Positions 52,428 to 64,000 of a stretch of 64,000 nucleotides of DNA are shown here, one piece after another. The notes under the pieces are model-generated. The model was given only the letters and a program-made list of their open reading frames with translations, was not told the origin of the DNA and searched no databases. The DNA comes from Callorhinchus milii. Taxonomy: Eukaryota. The position numbers and the translations under genes are program-made. Where the stretch lies: the NCBI RefSeq assembly GCF_018977255.1, contig NW_024704743.1, forward strand, positions 80,230,001-80,294,000, in the 5' to 3' direction. Numbering within the stretch: position 1 is the stretch's first letter; the number at the start of each line of letters is the position of its first letter.

Positions 52428-52786
52428 GGAGTCCTGTAACTCAATGGTTAGAGCACTCGCCTCGCAAGCAAGGGACCTGGATTTGATTCCCGGCAGAGCA
52501 AACTGTTGGGCAAGTTACCTTACTCCACACGCCTCTGTTTACCTAACAATAAATAGGAACCCGGTTGTTATTTGATTGGAGGATTGCTTTTCCAGGGGTA
52601 AAAACGCCTTCAAAAGTAAATAAATAAATAATAATAATAAATTGTTCACTCAATCCACCACTATTTGTGGGACATTGCTGTGCGCAATTGACTGCCGTGT
52701 TTAGTCCCCAAATGTACTGTCAATTCAGTTTACAGTATATTCTGTGAACCAGTTGAGATGTCCCGAAGACATGATAAGGCGCTATA
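52428..52786 (+). mobile_element. Long-subtype tRNA-Ala SINE whose terminus is displaced to 53987-54015
   Basis: GGCGCTATA resumes as TATACCAAATGCAAGGATTATT after the L2. Confidence 0.9.
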
Positions 52787-52790
52787 TTTC

Positions 52791-53986
52791 CATCCTCTCT
52801 ACCTTTGAAGAGGGCTCCCTCTGCCTTCTCGTCCTCCTGGATCTCTCTGCTGCGTTCGACACAGTTGACCATGCCATCCTCCTCCATCGCCTCTCCTCCC
52901 TCATCCACTTTAGTGGGACCACACTCGCATGGTTCAAGTCCTACTTAATCAACCACCTCCACTTCATCTCAGCAAACGGTTTCGCCTTCTGCCCCTGCCC
53001 AGTCACTTGCAGAGTACCCCAGGGCTCCATCCTTGTCCCGCTTCTTTTCCTCATCTATATGCTCCCTCTTGGTGATGTCATCTGCAGACACAGGATAAAC
53101 TTTCACATACCTCCTCCACTACCAACTCCAGGTCCACCAATGTTGCATCAGCTTGTCTGCCAGACATCAGGGCCTGGATTAGTGCAAACTTCCTGCAGCT
53201 GAACGTGGACAAGACGGAAGTCATACTCTTTGGCTCCCATCAACGTCTTCACACCTGTGGATCTGAACTCCTCAACCTCCCTGGGCTCTCTGTCAGATTC
53301 ACCGAACCAGTGCGCAATCTAGGCATCCGGTTCAACCCCCAGCTGTCCTTCCATCCCCACATCTGGTCCCTGACCAGGACTGCCTTCCTCCACCTCCACC
53401 ATATTGCCCATATCCGACCGTATCTTACCCCAAATGCAGTCCAAACCATTGTATGTGCGTTTGTCACCTCCTGCCTGAAATATTCAAACGCACTCCTCGC
53501 TGATCTCCCCAGCTCCACTATTCAAAAATTCAAAAAATCCAGCTCATTCAGAACTCTGCTACCCACATACTGACCCAGACCAAACTCCGTACACCCATTT
53601 CACCAGTTCTGGCCAGGCTCCACCTGCTCCCTATCACCAAAAGGATCGACTTCAAATCCATTCACGCCCTGGCACCTCCCTACATTTCCGACCTCCTTGC
53701 TCCCCAATCCACCACCCAGCACCTCTGCTAGACTGGCACCAGCCTCCTGCTCGTCCCTCGCACCCTCCGTCCCATCATTGGAGGTCACGCATTCAGCCAC
53801 TACGCCCCAAAACTATGGAACACTTTCCCTCAATCCCTCCGCCTTGTCCCCTCTCTCCCCTTTTACAAACCTTCATTTTCACCTCCCCCCAACCCCCACC
53901 CGGCTCGGAGTCAGGCTCCACCACTGCTCAGCGCCCTGAGACACTACCCTGCGTGGAGAGCGCGATATAAGTGCAAGTTGTTGTTG
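52791..53986 (+). mobile_element. L2 LINE of a second family, 5'-truncated and degraded
   Basis: [12 protein letters not shown] and RVPQGSIL motifs; distinct tail CCCTGAGACACTACCCTGCGTGGAGAGCGCGATATAAGTGCAAGTTG. Confidence 0.9.
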
Positions 53987-54969
53987 TATACCAAATGCAA
54001 GGATTATTTTTATCATATTTCATATCATGCCTGATCATATCAACAATTTGCTCTGGGTGCTGATAGAGTGAGCGCTACAAAAACGACTGTTAAACACACA
54101 AACCTTCCATAACAAGCAAAATGAGCTGAAAAAATGCAAAGAATGTGCCACATGAGGTTCTGGAAAAGAACTATGACCAGTTAAAGATAACAAATACATC
54201 AAGCTCCAAAGGCCAGATTTAAATCAGTTAGACATAATGATGTAGAGTTAGTTTTCTCAATGTTAGCATAGAGCACTTCCATCCAAAGGTAGCAGGTTCT
54301 CAGCCCCAACTGTTTCCATATCAGTGGGTAAAACTATGACAAAACACAAGTCTAATGAAGAGACCATTTTGTCCTCCTGTGCACAAGATACATTTTTGGA
54401 TTTTAAAAAGTGTACCTTGCAATTTTTTTCCAGCAATTTTCCAGATAAAGTGTTCACTTTATTCATGACTATTTGTGGGACACTGTTGTGTGCAATTAGG
54501 CAGCTGTGTTGGACTACAAATACACAGCCACTACACTCTACAGCGATTATGTTTTGAGACATGTCAATAGTCTAAACGCTGTATCAAATGGAAGAATTTG
54601 TACCATCAGACCTTTGTTATATCCACTAGGTGGAACTGTGCTGAGATTAGCCCTGAAAAGGTTTGACATGTTAAAAAAGATTAGATGGTAGAAGGATAAG
54701 AGTATGAACACTGGTTCCTTTGCGCTGGTGTTGGGAGAGATAACTGGTTCATGGAAGGGCAGCATTGAAAAGTGCCAACAGATTGATATGATGAGGTTTG
54801 GCTTCACAATCAAGAATGTATTCATGCAGAGCTTTACCTTGGGAGATCAAATAGAGCGGAGTCCATGATGAGGCAGCTTTTACATGGGCAGTGGAAGGAA
54901 CAGTGTTTATTGGTTTAATGTTTTTTTTAAAAAAAACATCCTTAGTAAACTTTTCAGAAAGGTAAGAGT

Positions 54970-57192
54970 ACCTTACTCCTCTGGAACTTTCCCCTCCTTT
55001 GAACACCTTACCCTCTACCACCCCTCCAGGCTTTCCTTTAAAATCCTCCTTGTTTACCGTCTCCCCAAGCCTTAACCCACCTTCCTCTCGGATTTCTCCA
55101 CCCTCCTATCTTCACTCTCCCTCTGCTCTGAACGCCTCCTTATCTTAGGCGACTTCAACCTCCACCACCCCCTCCTGCTCTACCTCTGCTGACTTCTCCT
55201 CCCTCCTCTCTTCCCTCAACTTCTCCCTCCTCATCCATTCCCCCACCCACATCTGTGGCCATTCCCTTGAACTGGTGATCACCCGGGGCCTCACTGTCTA
55301 CGATATCACCATCGTCGATAAAGCCATCTCGGACTACCACTTCATCTCCCTCAACACCTCAGTACCCCTTCCCACTTCCCAACTTCCACCATAACATACC
55401 GTCCATGGAAAAAATTTCCTCCCTCTCCCTCTCCACTGCCCTAAACTCCTACACCTCTGGCCCTCACTGACTGATCTCCCCTCCTCACTCTCCTTTCTCC
55501 ACAACTCCCTCTCCTCCATTTTGGACTCCCTTGCCTCCCTCACCTCCCGAACTGCCTCATACTCCCGTAAATTCCCGTGGTACACCAGCCATCTCCGTTC
55601 CCTCAAGACACAAGTGCGAGCTGCCGAACACACCTGGACCAAATCAAACTAATGGTCCATCGGCAGATTAGGCTTCACCACACCAAGATCTACCGCTGCG
55701 CTCTTGCCTCTCCAAATCCTTCTTCTACTCCAAGGTTATCCTAGAGACAAAGGACAACTCTTTTCCACCACTAACCGTCTCCTCCGTCCACCTTCCCACG
55801 CCTCGCCCATCCTCTCCTCAAACTCCAACTGTGAGAAGATGCTGGACTTCCTCGAATCTAAAATCAAAGGGATACATTCAACCACCTCAGCCCCGTCCAC
55901 AGCCAACCCCACATCACCTCTCCCACATGACCCATCCCCCACCCATCTATACTCCTTCGACCCTATCTCTCCCTCCTTCCTCACCACGACTGTCCGCACA
56001 CTCAAACCCACCACCTGCTCCCTCGATCCCATCCCCACCTCTCTCCTCATCTCCCAGCTCCACCTTTTGGCCCCCCCTTCTGCCTGATGTCAGATGTTTT
56101 TCAGCTCCCTGTCCACCGGTTCAGTTCCCACCCCCCTAAAAACAGCAGTCATCACACCTATCCTTAAAAAACCTTCCCTGGATCCATCCCTCTTCTCCAG
56201 CTACTGCCCCATCTCTAACCTCCCATTCCTCTCCAAGGTCCTGCAATGAGTCATCGCATCCCAGCTCCGCTCCTTTCTCTCTCGCTATTCCCTCTTTGAA
56301 TCCCTCCAATCGACTTCCGCGCTGCCCATAGCACGGAAACAGCTCTGGTCAAAGTCACCAATGACATTCTGAACATCTGTGATCAGGGTTCCCTCTGCCT
56401 CCTTGTCCTCCTCGACCGCTCTGCCGCCTTCGACACTGTCGACCACTCCGTCCTGATATTCTGCCTCTCCGCTTTACTCAATCTTCACGGATCTGCCCTT
56501 GCCTGGTTCAATTCCTATCTCTCTCACCATATCCACTTTGTTACCTCTAATGGTTAACGGTTTCTCCTCCAGCCCCCGCACTGTCACATCTGGCATCCCC
56601 CAGGGCTCTGTCCTTGGCCCTCTCCTCTTTAATATCTACATGCTCGACTATGCTTGTCGGCCTTCCCAACTCCTCCGTCCACAGGCTGCAGATAATCCAG
56701 AACTCTGCAGCCCGTATCCTCTCCCGCACCTAACTCTGTGACCCCATCTCACCCACTCTCACCCAACTCTACTGGCTCCCTATCCTTCAGAGGATTCAGT
56801 TCAAGATCCTGGTCCTCACATACAAAGCCCTCCATGGCCTCACCCCACCCTATCTCTGCGACGTCCAAACCCCCTATCAACCCACCCATTCCCTCCGCTC
56901 AGCTGGCTCTGGCCTGCTCCATGCCCCCCCACCCACCCGCCCCATGATTGGTGGGAGAGCCTTCAGCCTCTCTACCCCCAATCTCTGGAATTCCATCCCC
57001 CTCCTTAGCCTCCTTCAAGTCCCACCTCAAGACCCTCCGCTTCGACCATGCCATCGACAACCGCCCCTTCCCCTCCCCTCCCTTACCCCCACAACCCCAG
57101 CTCGGGTCTGAAATGCTGTACTCTGTCCAGCACCTTGGAACTCCTTCCGACGTGAAAGGCGCTATACAAGTGTAATCTTGTTGTTGTTGTTG
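54970..57192 (+). mobile_element. Longest L2 copy: partial AP-endonuclease and RT, with internal deletion
   Basis: FEHL...LLVYR, ILGDFNLH and ISDYH endonuclease motifs; RT to NIYML, then a jump to LDY near 56645; tail and (GTT)n. Confidence 0.93.
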
Positions 57193-57256
57193 AGTAGTCT
57201 TCTCTGGTGCAGTCTTCTCCAAATATATGCTGTGTAAAATTATATTATAAAGTATA

Positions 57257-57403
57257 ATTGCTGTGCGCAATTGGCTGCTGCATTTCGCCCACAAAGTGAA
57301 TTCACTTTACAGTATATGCTGTGAAGCACTTTGAGATGTTTCAAAGATGTGATAAGGCACTATATCAAATGCAAAGATTATTATTATTATTATTATTATT
57401 ATT
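57257..57403 (+). mobile_element. SINE 3' half with long (ATT)n
   Basis: GCTGTGCGCAATTGGCTGC body and tail. Confidence 0.85.
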
Positions 57404-58171
57404 TTGACTCCCTTGAGCCACCCAAATGCTCTCCATACCTTTGTGGGGATGAAGAAAATTAGCAATATATAAATGTAAATTGTATTATATAAATGGGTAT
57501 CAGTCTGTTGATAGTACTTTCGCCTCTGAATCAGAAAGCTATGGGTTCAAACTCCAGTTCAGAGCTTTGAATTTACACTTTAGGCTGACACCAAAATTGA
57601 TGGCAAGGCTGTCTTTCAATCCAGATGTTAAACAAAGATCCCGACTGACTGTTCAGCTGGTTGTTAAAGAATTTGCACGACAACATTTCTTTGCAATAGC
57701 AGTGAATCCCTAACATCCACCTGAAACACAGGTTAGAGAGGTCCTCAGTTCAATGATTCAGTCACAAGATCAAACATTGGTTTGGATGTGGAAGGCCCTT
57801 CTAATCTCATTCCTGCAGAATATCACCCTAGACTATCCTTGTCTTAACTGCCGTTCTTGGCAAACAAAAATGGAATGGTGATCTGGAAATAAATAATATT
57901 TGTATCTAATATATTGCCTCATCATCACCAAAACATCTTAACCAGCTGAAACACTTAAAAAAACGAGTTGTTTTGAAGTGTTATTATATATGCAAATGAA
58001 GCAGCTAATCTGCATTCAGCAGTGTTCCACACAAAACAATCAAGTGAGCAGACAATTAAAATAAAAATGGTTTTAAATTATTAAATATATATGGAACTTG
58101 TGCAACACTCCAGTCAGTGAAAACAGAGTTCTGGGCACAGTATACTTCAAGCAAGTGTGAGAACGGAGATA

Positions 58172-58505
58172 TCAGTTTGGCTCATTCAGTCAGTCGCTCA
58201 TCTCTGAGTCAGAACTTTGAACTCGAAGTCTAGACTGACACTGCAATATACATGTAGTAATGGAGGTGCTCTGCGTTGTTACAGGTATGAGGTGTTAAAC
58301 CAAGGGCCTAGACAGGTGGATGTTAAAAATCTATTAGAAAATAGAATGTGTTCTGCTAACTGAATAAAATTGGTTACATGGCTATTTGTTGCACATGGTT
58401 GTGTGTAAATTGGTTGTTGTGTTTGCCTACAAAATACACAGTCACTACACTTTACAGTAAATCCAGTGAAGTGCTTTAAAATATCTTCCTGATGTGAAAG
58501 GTGTA
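58172..58505 (+). mobile_element. Old Deu-domain SINE
   Basis: CTCTGAGTCAGAA, GAGGTGTTAAACCAAGG, CAGGTGGATGTTAAAAATC. Confidence 0.65.
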
Positions 58506-58774
58506 CAGTAAACTCCTGATATTCATCACTACAAGGAAAACGGATATTGACAGTGTGGTGACTTAAGTGGTAGTGACAAGTTAAGCCATGGTGGAGTTAT
58601 CAGGAATTTACTGTCTATCCAATGCAAGGATTATTATGCGTTTTAGACCTGCTTACTGAACTCTTGACTATGCGTGACATTTCAAAAAATTGTTCTTGAT
58701 GTTATTGAGTGTTCTTTATTAAATTATTAAAAGCTTACCACATAGTTGTTTAAAAACAGCTGCCTCTTTTCCAA

Positions 58775-58938
58775 CAAGAAAGTTAAAGGAGATAATTATT
58801 TGTGGAGAACAAGTTTGTAGGGCTATGGGGAGAGAGCCAGGGAGTAGGATTGATTTGGATAGCTCTTTTAAAAGACCTGACACAGGGGCCGAATGGCCTC
58901 CTTCTGTGCTGTATAATTCTATGATTCTAGATTCTATG
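58775..58938 (+). mobile_element. CR1-clade 3' end
   Basis: Same family as 1990-2202; (ATTCTATG)n terminus. Confidence 0.82.
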
Positions 58939-60202
58939 AGATGCACCAAACCTCTTAATAAAATCCCAATTTGTAACCTCCTCCAGATGGTCATATACAA
59001 TACCACTCTGACTCAGATTTGCCTGCAGTTATACTCTTCATCTTGGCTTGCTGAGAAGCAGAAATTGCTTTGCAATGACTTAAGAAGGTTCAGGGTAACT
59101 ATAGTATCGTACATAAGAGTCTCTTATTGCCATAAAACAATCCTTCCATTGGCTATAGAAATGTGTCAATCTTCTTCTTGGAATGGAAAAAAGAAGCTGA
59201 GAATACTTAATGTAACTAGAACAGACCTTATCACTAAAAATGGCATTAAATGTAGAAGGAAATTCTTCCCTACAGCAATTCCTGCTAATGAACAGACACC
59301 TACACAAAATCAAAACTGTAACTAAATGCGAAAAACTGCATTCATTGTCCAAAGTTATCAGGTTCAGTTATTTCAAGGGACTTCAGTGAAAGAAGCTACA
59401 ATGACTTGCTTGTAATCGTAATCGTAAAAGTGTTGCATGCCTACAAAGTGACGTTAACTTCCATACACTACTCTATTTTACATACACAATTTAATATCAA
59501 CTTTATCTACATGAACTCATTGGTAGATTACAGCACAGTAGTATAAGGTAGTTGGAGAACAAAAGTGCATCAATGACAAACTGAAAACATGATGGGATGA
59601 ATCTTAAAATGTAAATCCTCTTTTTGCTGCCTCAAAGAGTAAATGATCTCATTAATCTTTTGGTCGTCAGCTGGTGTCACTGAATGGATTAAGTAAACGT
59701 ATGAGAATGATAACACCTTTACCCCGTTTGTTGAGAACAACTGAAATGAGCATTACTTTGATTAAAGCAGATGAGTGATAATGTAGATTGTAATGATAAC
59801 AGCACTTTCCCCATTTGCGATAGACAAACAAAGCTTGACTGATGTGTGAGTATAGTGCAGACTTTAGGCAATGCACTGGAATTCTTAATAACTCATTCCT
59901 TACTACGTGCCATTGTTACATACAACAGCATCTTTTGGCCATGCTGTACAATTGCCATCATGAAATGTTAAGTGCTTAGAGAAGGTATTGTACTACTTGT
60001 ACAGATTTAACTTTGATTAAAAGCATGCTGAGTTTTCAGATTGTAGAAAAAACAATCTCCCATCATTTTTTAGGACGTGAATTGCCTTAAAAACAATGCC
60101 AGATGGCAATTTTGTGACAGAATGAGCCATCATTCCCTTTGTTCTGTTACTTATTGCAGTAATGTTAATATTTCCTTCGTCAGAATGGAAAGTTACTCTT
60201 AC

Positions 60203-60256
60203 AATGATTTCTTTGACTGTAGTTTGTTCTCCTGTTGCTGATTGTTGAGGGCTGAG
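60203..60256 (-). other. Candidate 54-nt exon
   Basis: Acceptor GTTCATTTGTTTCAG, donor ATT|GTAAGA. Open in all three phases; lies in a repeat-poor block. Confidence 0.3.
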
Positions 60257-62239
60257 CTGAAACAAATGAACATTGTTATATTGATGAGTGTAAGTGAATG
60301 TTCTTTTCCTAAGACGCTAAAACCCCTTCATGGCTGGATTAGCCTGTATACTAAGGAATTGCAGGTTAATCTCCACAGTGCTATTTACTTAAATGGGCCT
60401 CTGTAGATTTTTGTTCTGACAGGTCAAGAGACTTCAGTCTTCCATTGTTAGATTTTGTACAAACCTTCCCCAGGGACACAAATAAATAAAACTCATTCAC
60501 TCTTGTTGTGGTGACCTTGTTATTTGTTTTAAAAGCTGTACTTAAAACAGTAACAAGCAAATGCAGACAAAACTCTCATTGGAGGTGGATTAACACATTT
60601 TAGTGTTTCCTAATTAGCTGCTATAATACTTTTTTCCCTCTAAACAAATCTATTTCCACAAACCTGGCATGAAGTCACTGAACTCCATTATCAATAATCC
60701 ACTATAATCACCTTCCTATGCTGAACAATTGTGTCATTTCAATTTTGAAATGCTGGATTATGAATGTTAACTAGACCAAAGCATTAAAGCACATCCATCC
60801 CACAAATCTTCAAATAAAAACAGGACAATCGAAACCATTCACTGGAAGGAAATAATAAATTTATGGTTTGAATCTTCTTACATATTGAAAATTCCCAGGG
60901 TGAAAAAAAATGTCCCAAATTATATTTCTGCCATTTGTATGATCCTTTAATAGTCCTGCTGCATGTTTAAACTTAGCACAAGATTACTAATTTCATTTGT
61001 ACTGTGAACGGAACTGTTGTTGTTGCCTATACTTTGTTGTTGCCATCTACGGTTGCGGATTTTGAGAATTAAAGAGCCATTTGCCATAGAAAAAATGTGT
61101 TAATAATAAGTATTAATTCGTAGTCTCTCAAGCTTTCAGTGGTAAAGTCAGCATTCAGCAGAATATTCCATCTTTAATAAAAAAAAGGTTCTGTTTGAAA
61201 GGGGAGTGTAACTGAAGCAGAAAGGTTATGTTTGTAGCAATGCTGCAGATGATTCAAAAAGGAATTGCGTTACTGAAATAGATTAAAGTGCTAAAGTATG
61301 CAGCGAGGGGAATGCAAATCAGACCATGGGGCAAAAGCATGGCATATCCAAAGGAGACTAAGGAACTGGGATGCTGTGGAACAGATGATATGGGAGAGTT
61401 GCAGGATTACTCACAGAAAATCAGACAGAGTGTGAGAAATACGGGAGGGATAGTGAAGAAGTGCAACTCCTTAATACTGTGTGCTGTGTTTATTGGCCAT
61501 ATATATTTTATCCTGCTGTACAAAGACCCTTCTGTGCACCATTCTGAAATCTGCCAGTTAATTGGATTTGTAATAATTTCCCTAGGACTCTGGTTGCAAT
61601 AATTAAACAGAAACAAAATGAAGGAGATGCTAACTGCTGCTGAATCACTTTAATAAACACTGCTTTATATTGGGGAAAGATAACAACAAACAAATTTGCT
61701 GAGAAAAATATACACAGTCACTACAAGTTACCCAAACCTCGTGAAGCACTTTGAGACATCCTCCTGATATGAAAGGTGCTAGATCAAATGGAAGGATTAT
61801 TATTATAAACTTACATTCATGTAAAGTGTCTTTTGTGTAAAGGAATGTCTAGAACCCTTTCACAAAAGGAGACTAATTACAAAATGAATTGTTATATAGA
61901 CAAGCATTGCAGCTGATTTGCACCAGCAACATCCTACATGTAACAATGAGATGTGCAGCCAATTAATCAGAATTTTTCGGGGTGAATTTGAACAAGGGAG
62001 TGATATTAACCAAGACAAACTTGAGAAAATCTCTGACATAACACACGAGGGAAAGAGGAAATAGAAGAGTGTGGGAAGGAGTGAGGAGTGGGTGGAGACT
62101 CATGTGGAGTATAAACACCGGTGCAGACTGGTTAGGCCGAGTGACCTGTTTCTGTGCTGTTCATTCTTTGTGAACCTTTGTAAATCCATTGAAGCTCTCT
62201 TTGGTTAGTATTCACTGTATGCAGTATTCAAAAGACACC

Positions 62240-62825
62240 TTTTTTAGTAAACAAACATGACAGCCAGTTTTCACAAGGCAAGATCCCATACACAACCATG
62301 AGATGAATCACCAACATTATTTTGACAGTGTGTTGGCCAATACACCGGGAAAAAACTTTTCTCTTTTCAGATGGTGTTGTGGGATCTTTAACTTCAACCT
62401 GAGGGTAGAAGGATTGGATCTTTGTTTAACATCTTATCTGAATAATAATAATAATCCTTGCATTTCATGTAATGCTTGATCTTGTTATCAAAACATCACA
62501 AAGTACTTCACAGGATTTACTGTGAAGTGGAGTCACTGTGTATTGTAGACAACACAAGAGCCAGTTTGCCACAACAATGTCCTACAAAAAAACATGAAGT
62601 GAATGACCAATTTTATTTGGAAACTGTTGGCCAGGACACCCAGAGAAACGTCCTTCTCTTTTTGAATATTGCTATGGAATCTAATGTCCACCTAAACAGA
62701 CAGAGGGGATCTTGGTTTAATGTCTCATCTGAAGAATAACACCTCCAACAATGCAGCACTCCCACAGCACTGCATTGGAGCATTTTTTGACCCAGACACA
62801 AGAGCGCAACCGAGTGAGCCAAGCA
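62240..62825 (-). mobile_element. Two adjacent old Deu-domain SINEs
   Basis: GGTTTAATGTCTCATCTGAAG...CACCTCCAACAATGCAGCACTCC; tail at 62442. Confidence 0.7.
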
Positions 62826-64000
62826 TGTTCTAATCTGGAACAGTAATATAAATTTATTACTGTAAATACAAGATAAGAATCCATGAAATAGCTCCAGGCT
62901 TTGTATGCTCACGTTGAGCTGCAGCATTGTTCACTCGGGATGATTCCACCATATGTGTTAACAGCTATCGCTAGCCCTCATTTTAGTTAAATACATTTTT
63001 CCTGTGGTGTCGATTTGTTCTCAGCAGGTGGATTCTTGTTCTGTTTTTTACCTATGCTGTTCAAAGGGGACAAGTTCATTGCAGGGTAAAATCAGCCTCT
63101 AGAATAGCAGAGTCTGTAAATTCCATTCACATGTCATCACATTTGCTTCTGGCAAGAGTCTGCCCTGCAACAGACATCTTTCTTGCTGCGTGAACTTCTG
63201 TCACATGATTTAGTTCAGTCAAAGTGTGTTAGAAATGTTGAAAGCTTTAGTGCCAGATGGCAGCAATGATGCAATGGTGTCAATGCCTCGCTTTAGAAAG
63301 TGTATGTCAGTAAAATGTCAAGAGCAATACAGTAGCATCAGACATTGCTACTCCAACACAGTGTGCCAGGACTCAGGATCACGGCTCTGAAATCCCAATC
63401 TTGACGTCAGGAGATAGTACAGGTAGCACCATGCTCTGTCCCGCCGTGAAAGGCACTATACACCTGTAATTTGTTGTTGTTGTTGTTTATTGAAAAAATG
63501 ACCAATTTTATCAGGGTGATTGTTGGCCAGGACACTCAGATGAAACTCTTTTCTCATTTTGAATCTGCCTTGGGTTCTTTAAAGTCCACTTGAACAGTTA
63601 GACCAATTTTGTTTAATGTCTTATCTGTTGGATGCCACCTCCAATAATGCATCTGAGAAGTGACAGTACCTCTATCTAGGCAATGAGTCAGGCTCTTTAT
63701 GTGGAAAGGCCTCAGGCTGTTTATGCTGCAAGGTACCTCTTTCCTAAAGAGTCTTTTTTCAGTCCCTCTGATGCCATCGCATTACCAATTACCTTGGATT
63801 TTATAAAACAGAAAGCGTATTCTTAATTCTCCTTTACAATCTGTTCTCAAATCCAATATGTCTTTATCTGAAATTACTAGCTGCAGCCAAGCAATTGAGC
63901 CTTAGATTATGCTGAACTTTGTGCTAATGGCAGTTAAATGCTACTATACAAAGACAGGATGCGTTTCCCAGCCATGACCCATCATTTATATTCCACAAGT

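Noticed and set aside
54623..54637. Second CTCF-like motif CCACTAGGTGGAACT
   Set aside because: Mismatch at the conserved GGC position; too weak alone.

Overview
Vertebrate genomic DNA, probably a cartilaginous fish (holocephalan/shark-like; inferred only from the repeat families). AT-rich intronic or intergenic sequence is heavily filled with non-LTR retroelements. (1) L2-clade LINE fragments of several ages account for essentially all long ORFs in the track. The youngest are 25421-27402, 43368-45023, 30983-32492 and 12957-13415, and none is full length. (2) A young tRNA-Ala-headed SINE occurs in two structural subtypes and shares its 3' stem-loop with the L2. (3) There are older Deu-domain SINEs, CR1-clade fragments and one tiny hAT MITE. 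I could not identify a host gene; only a few low-confidence small exon candidates are visible. No CRISPR arrays, rRNA or genuine tRNA genes were seen. The most interesting observations are: an unclassified four-copy non-coding repeat; a variable-copy 45-47 bp repeat spanning the L2 stop codon; a ladder of templated filler at a LINE 5' junction; a complex inversion plus templated insertion at 35.1-37.4 kb; a perfect 21-bp fold-back palindrome at a SINE breakpoint; and three frame-compatible small minus-strand exon candidates. I cannot support a wholly new biological system from this sequence alone.
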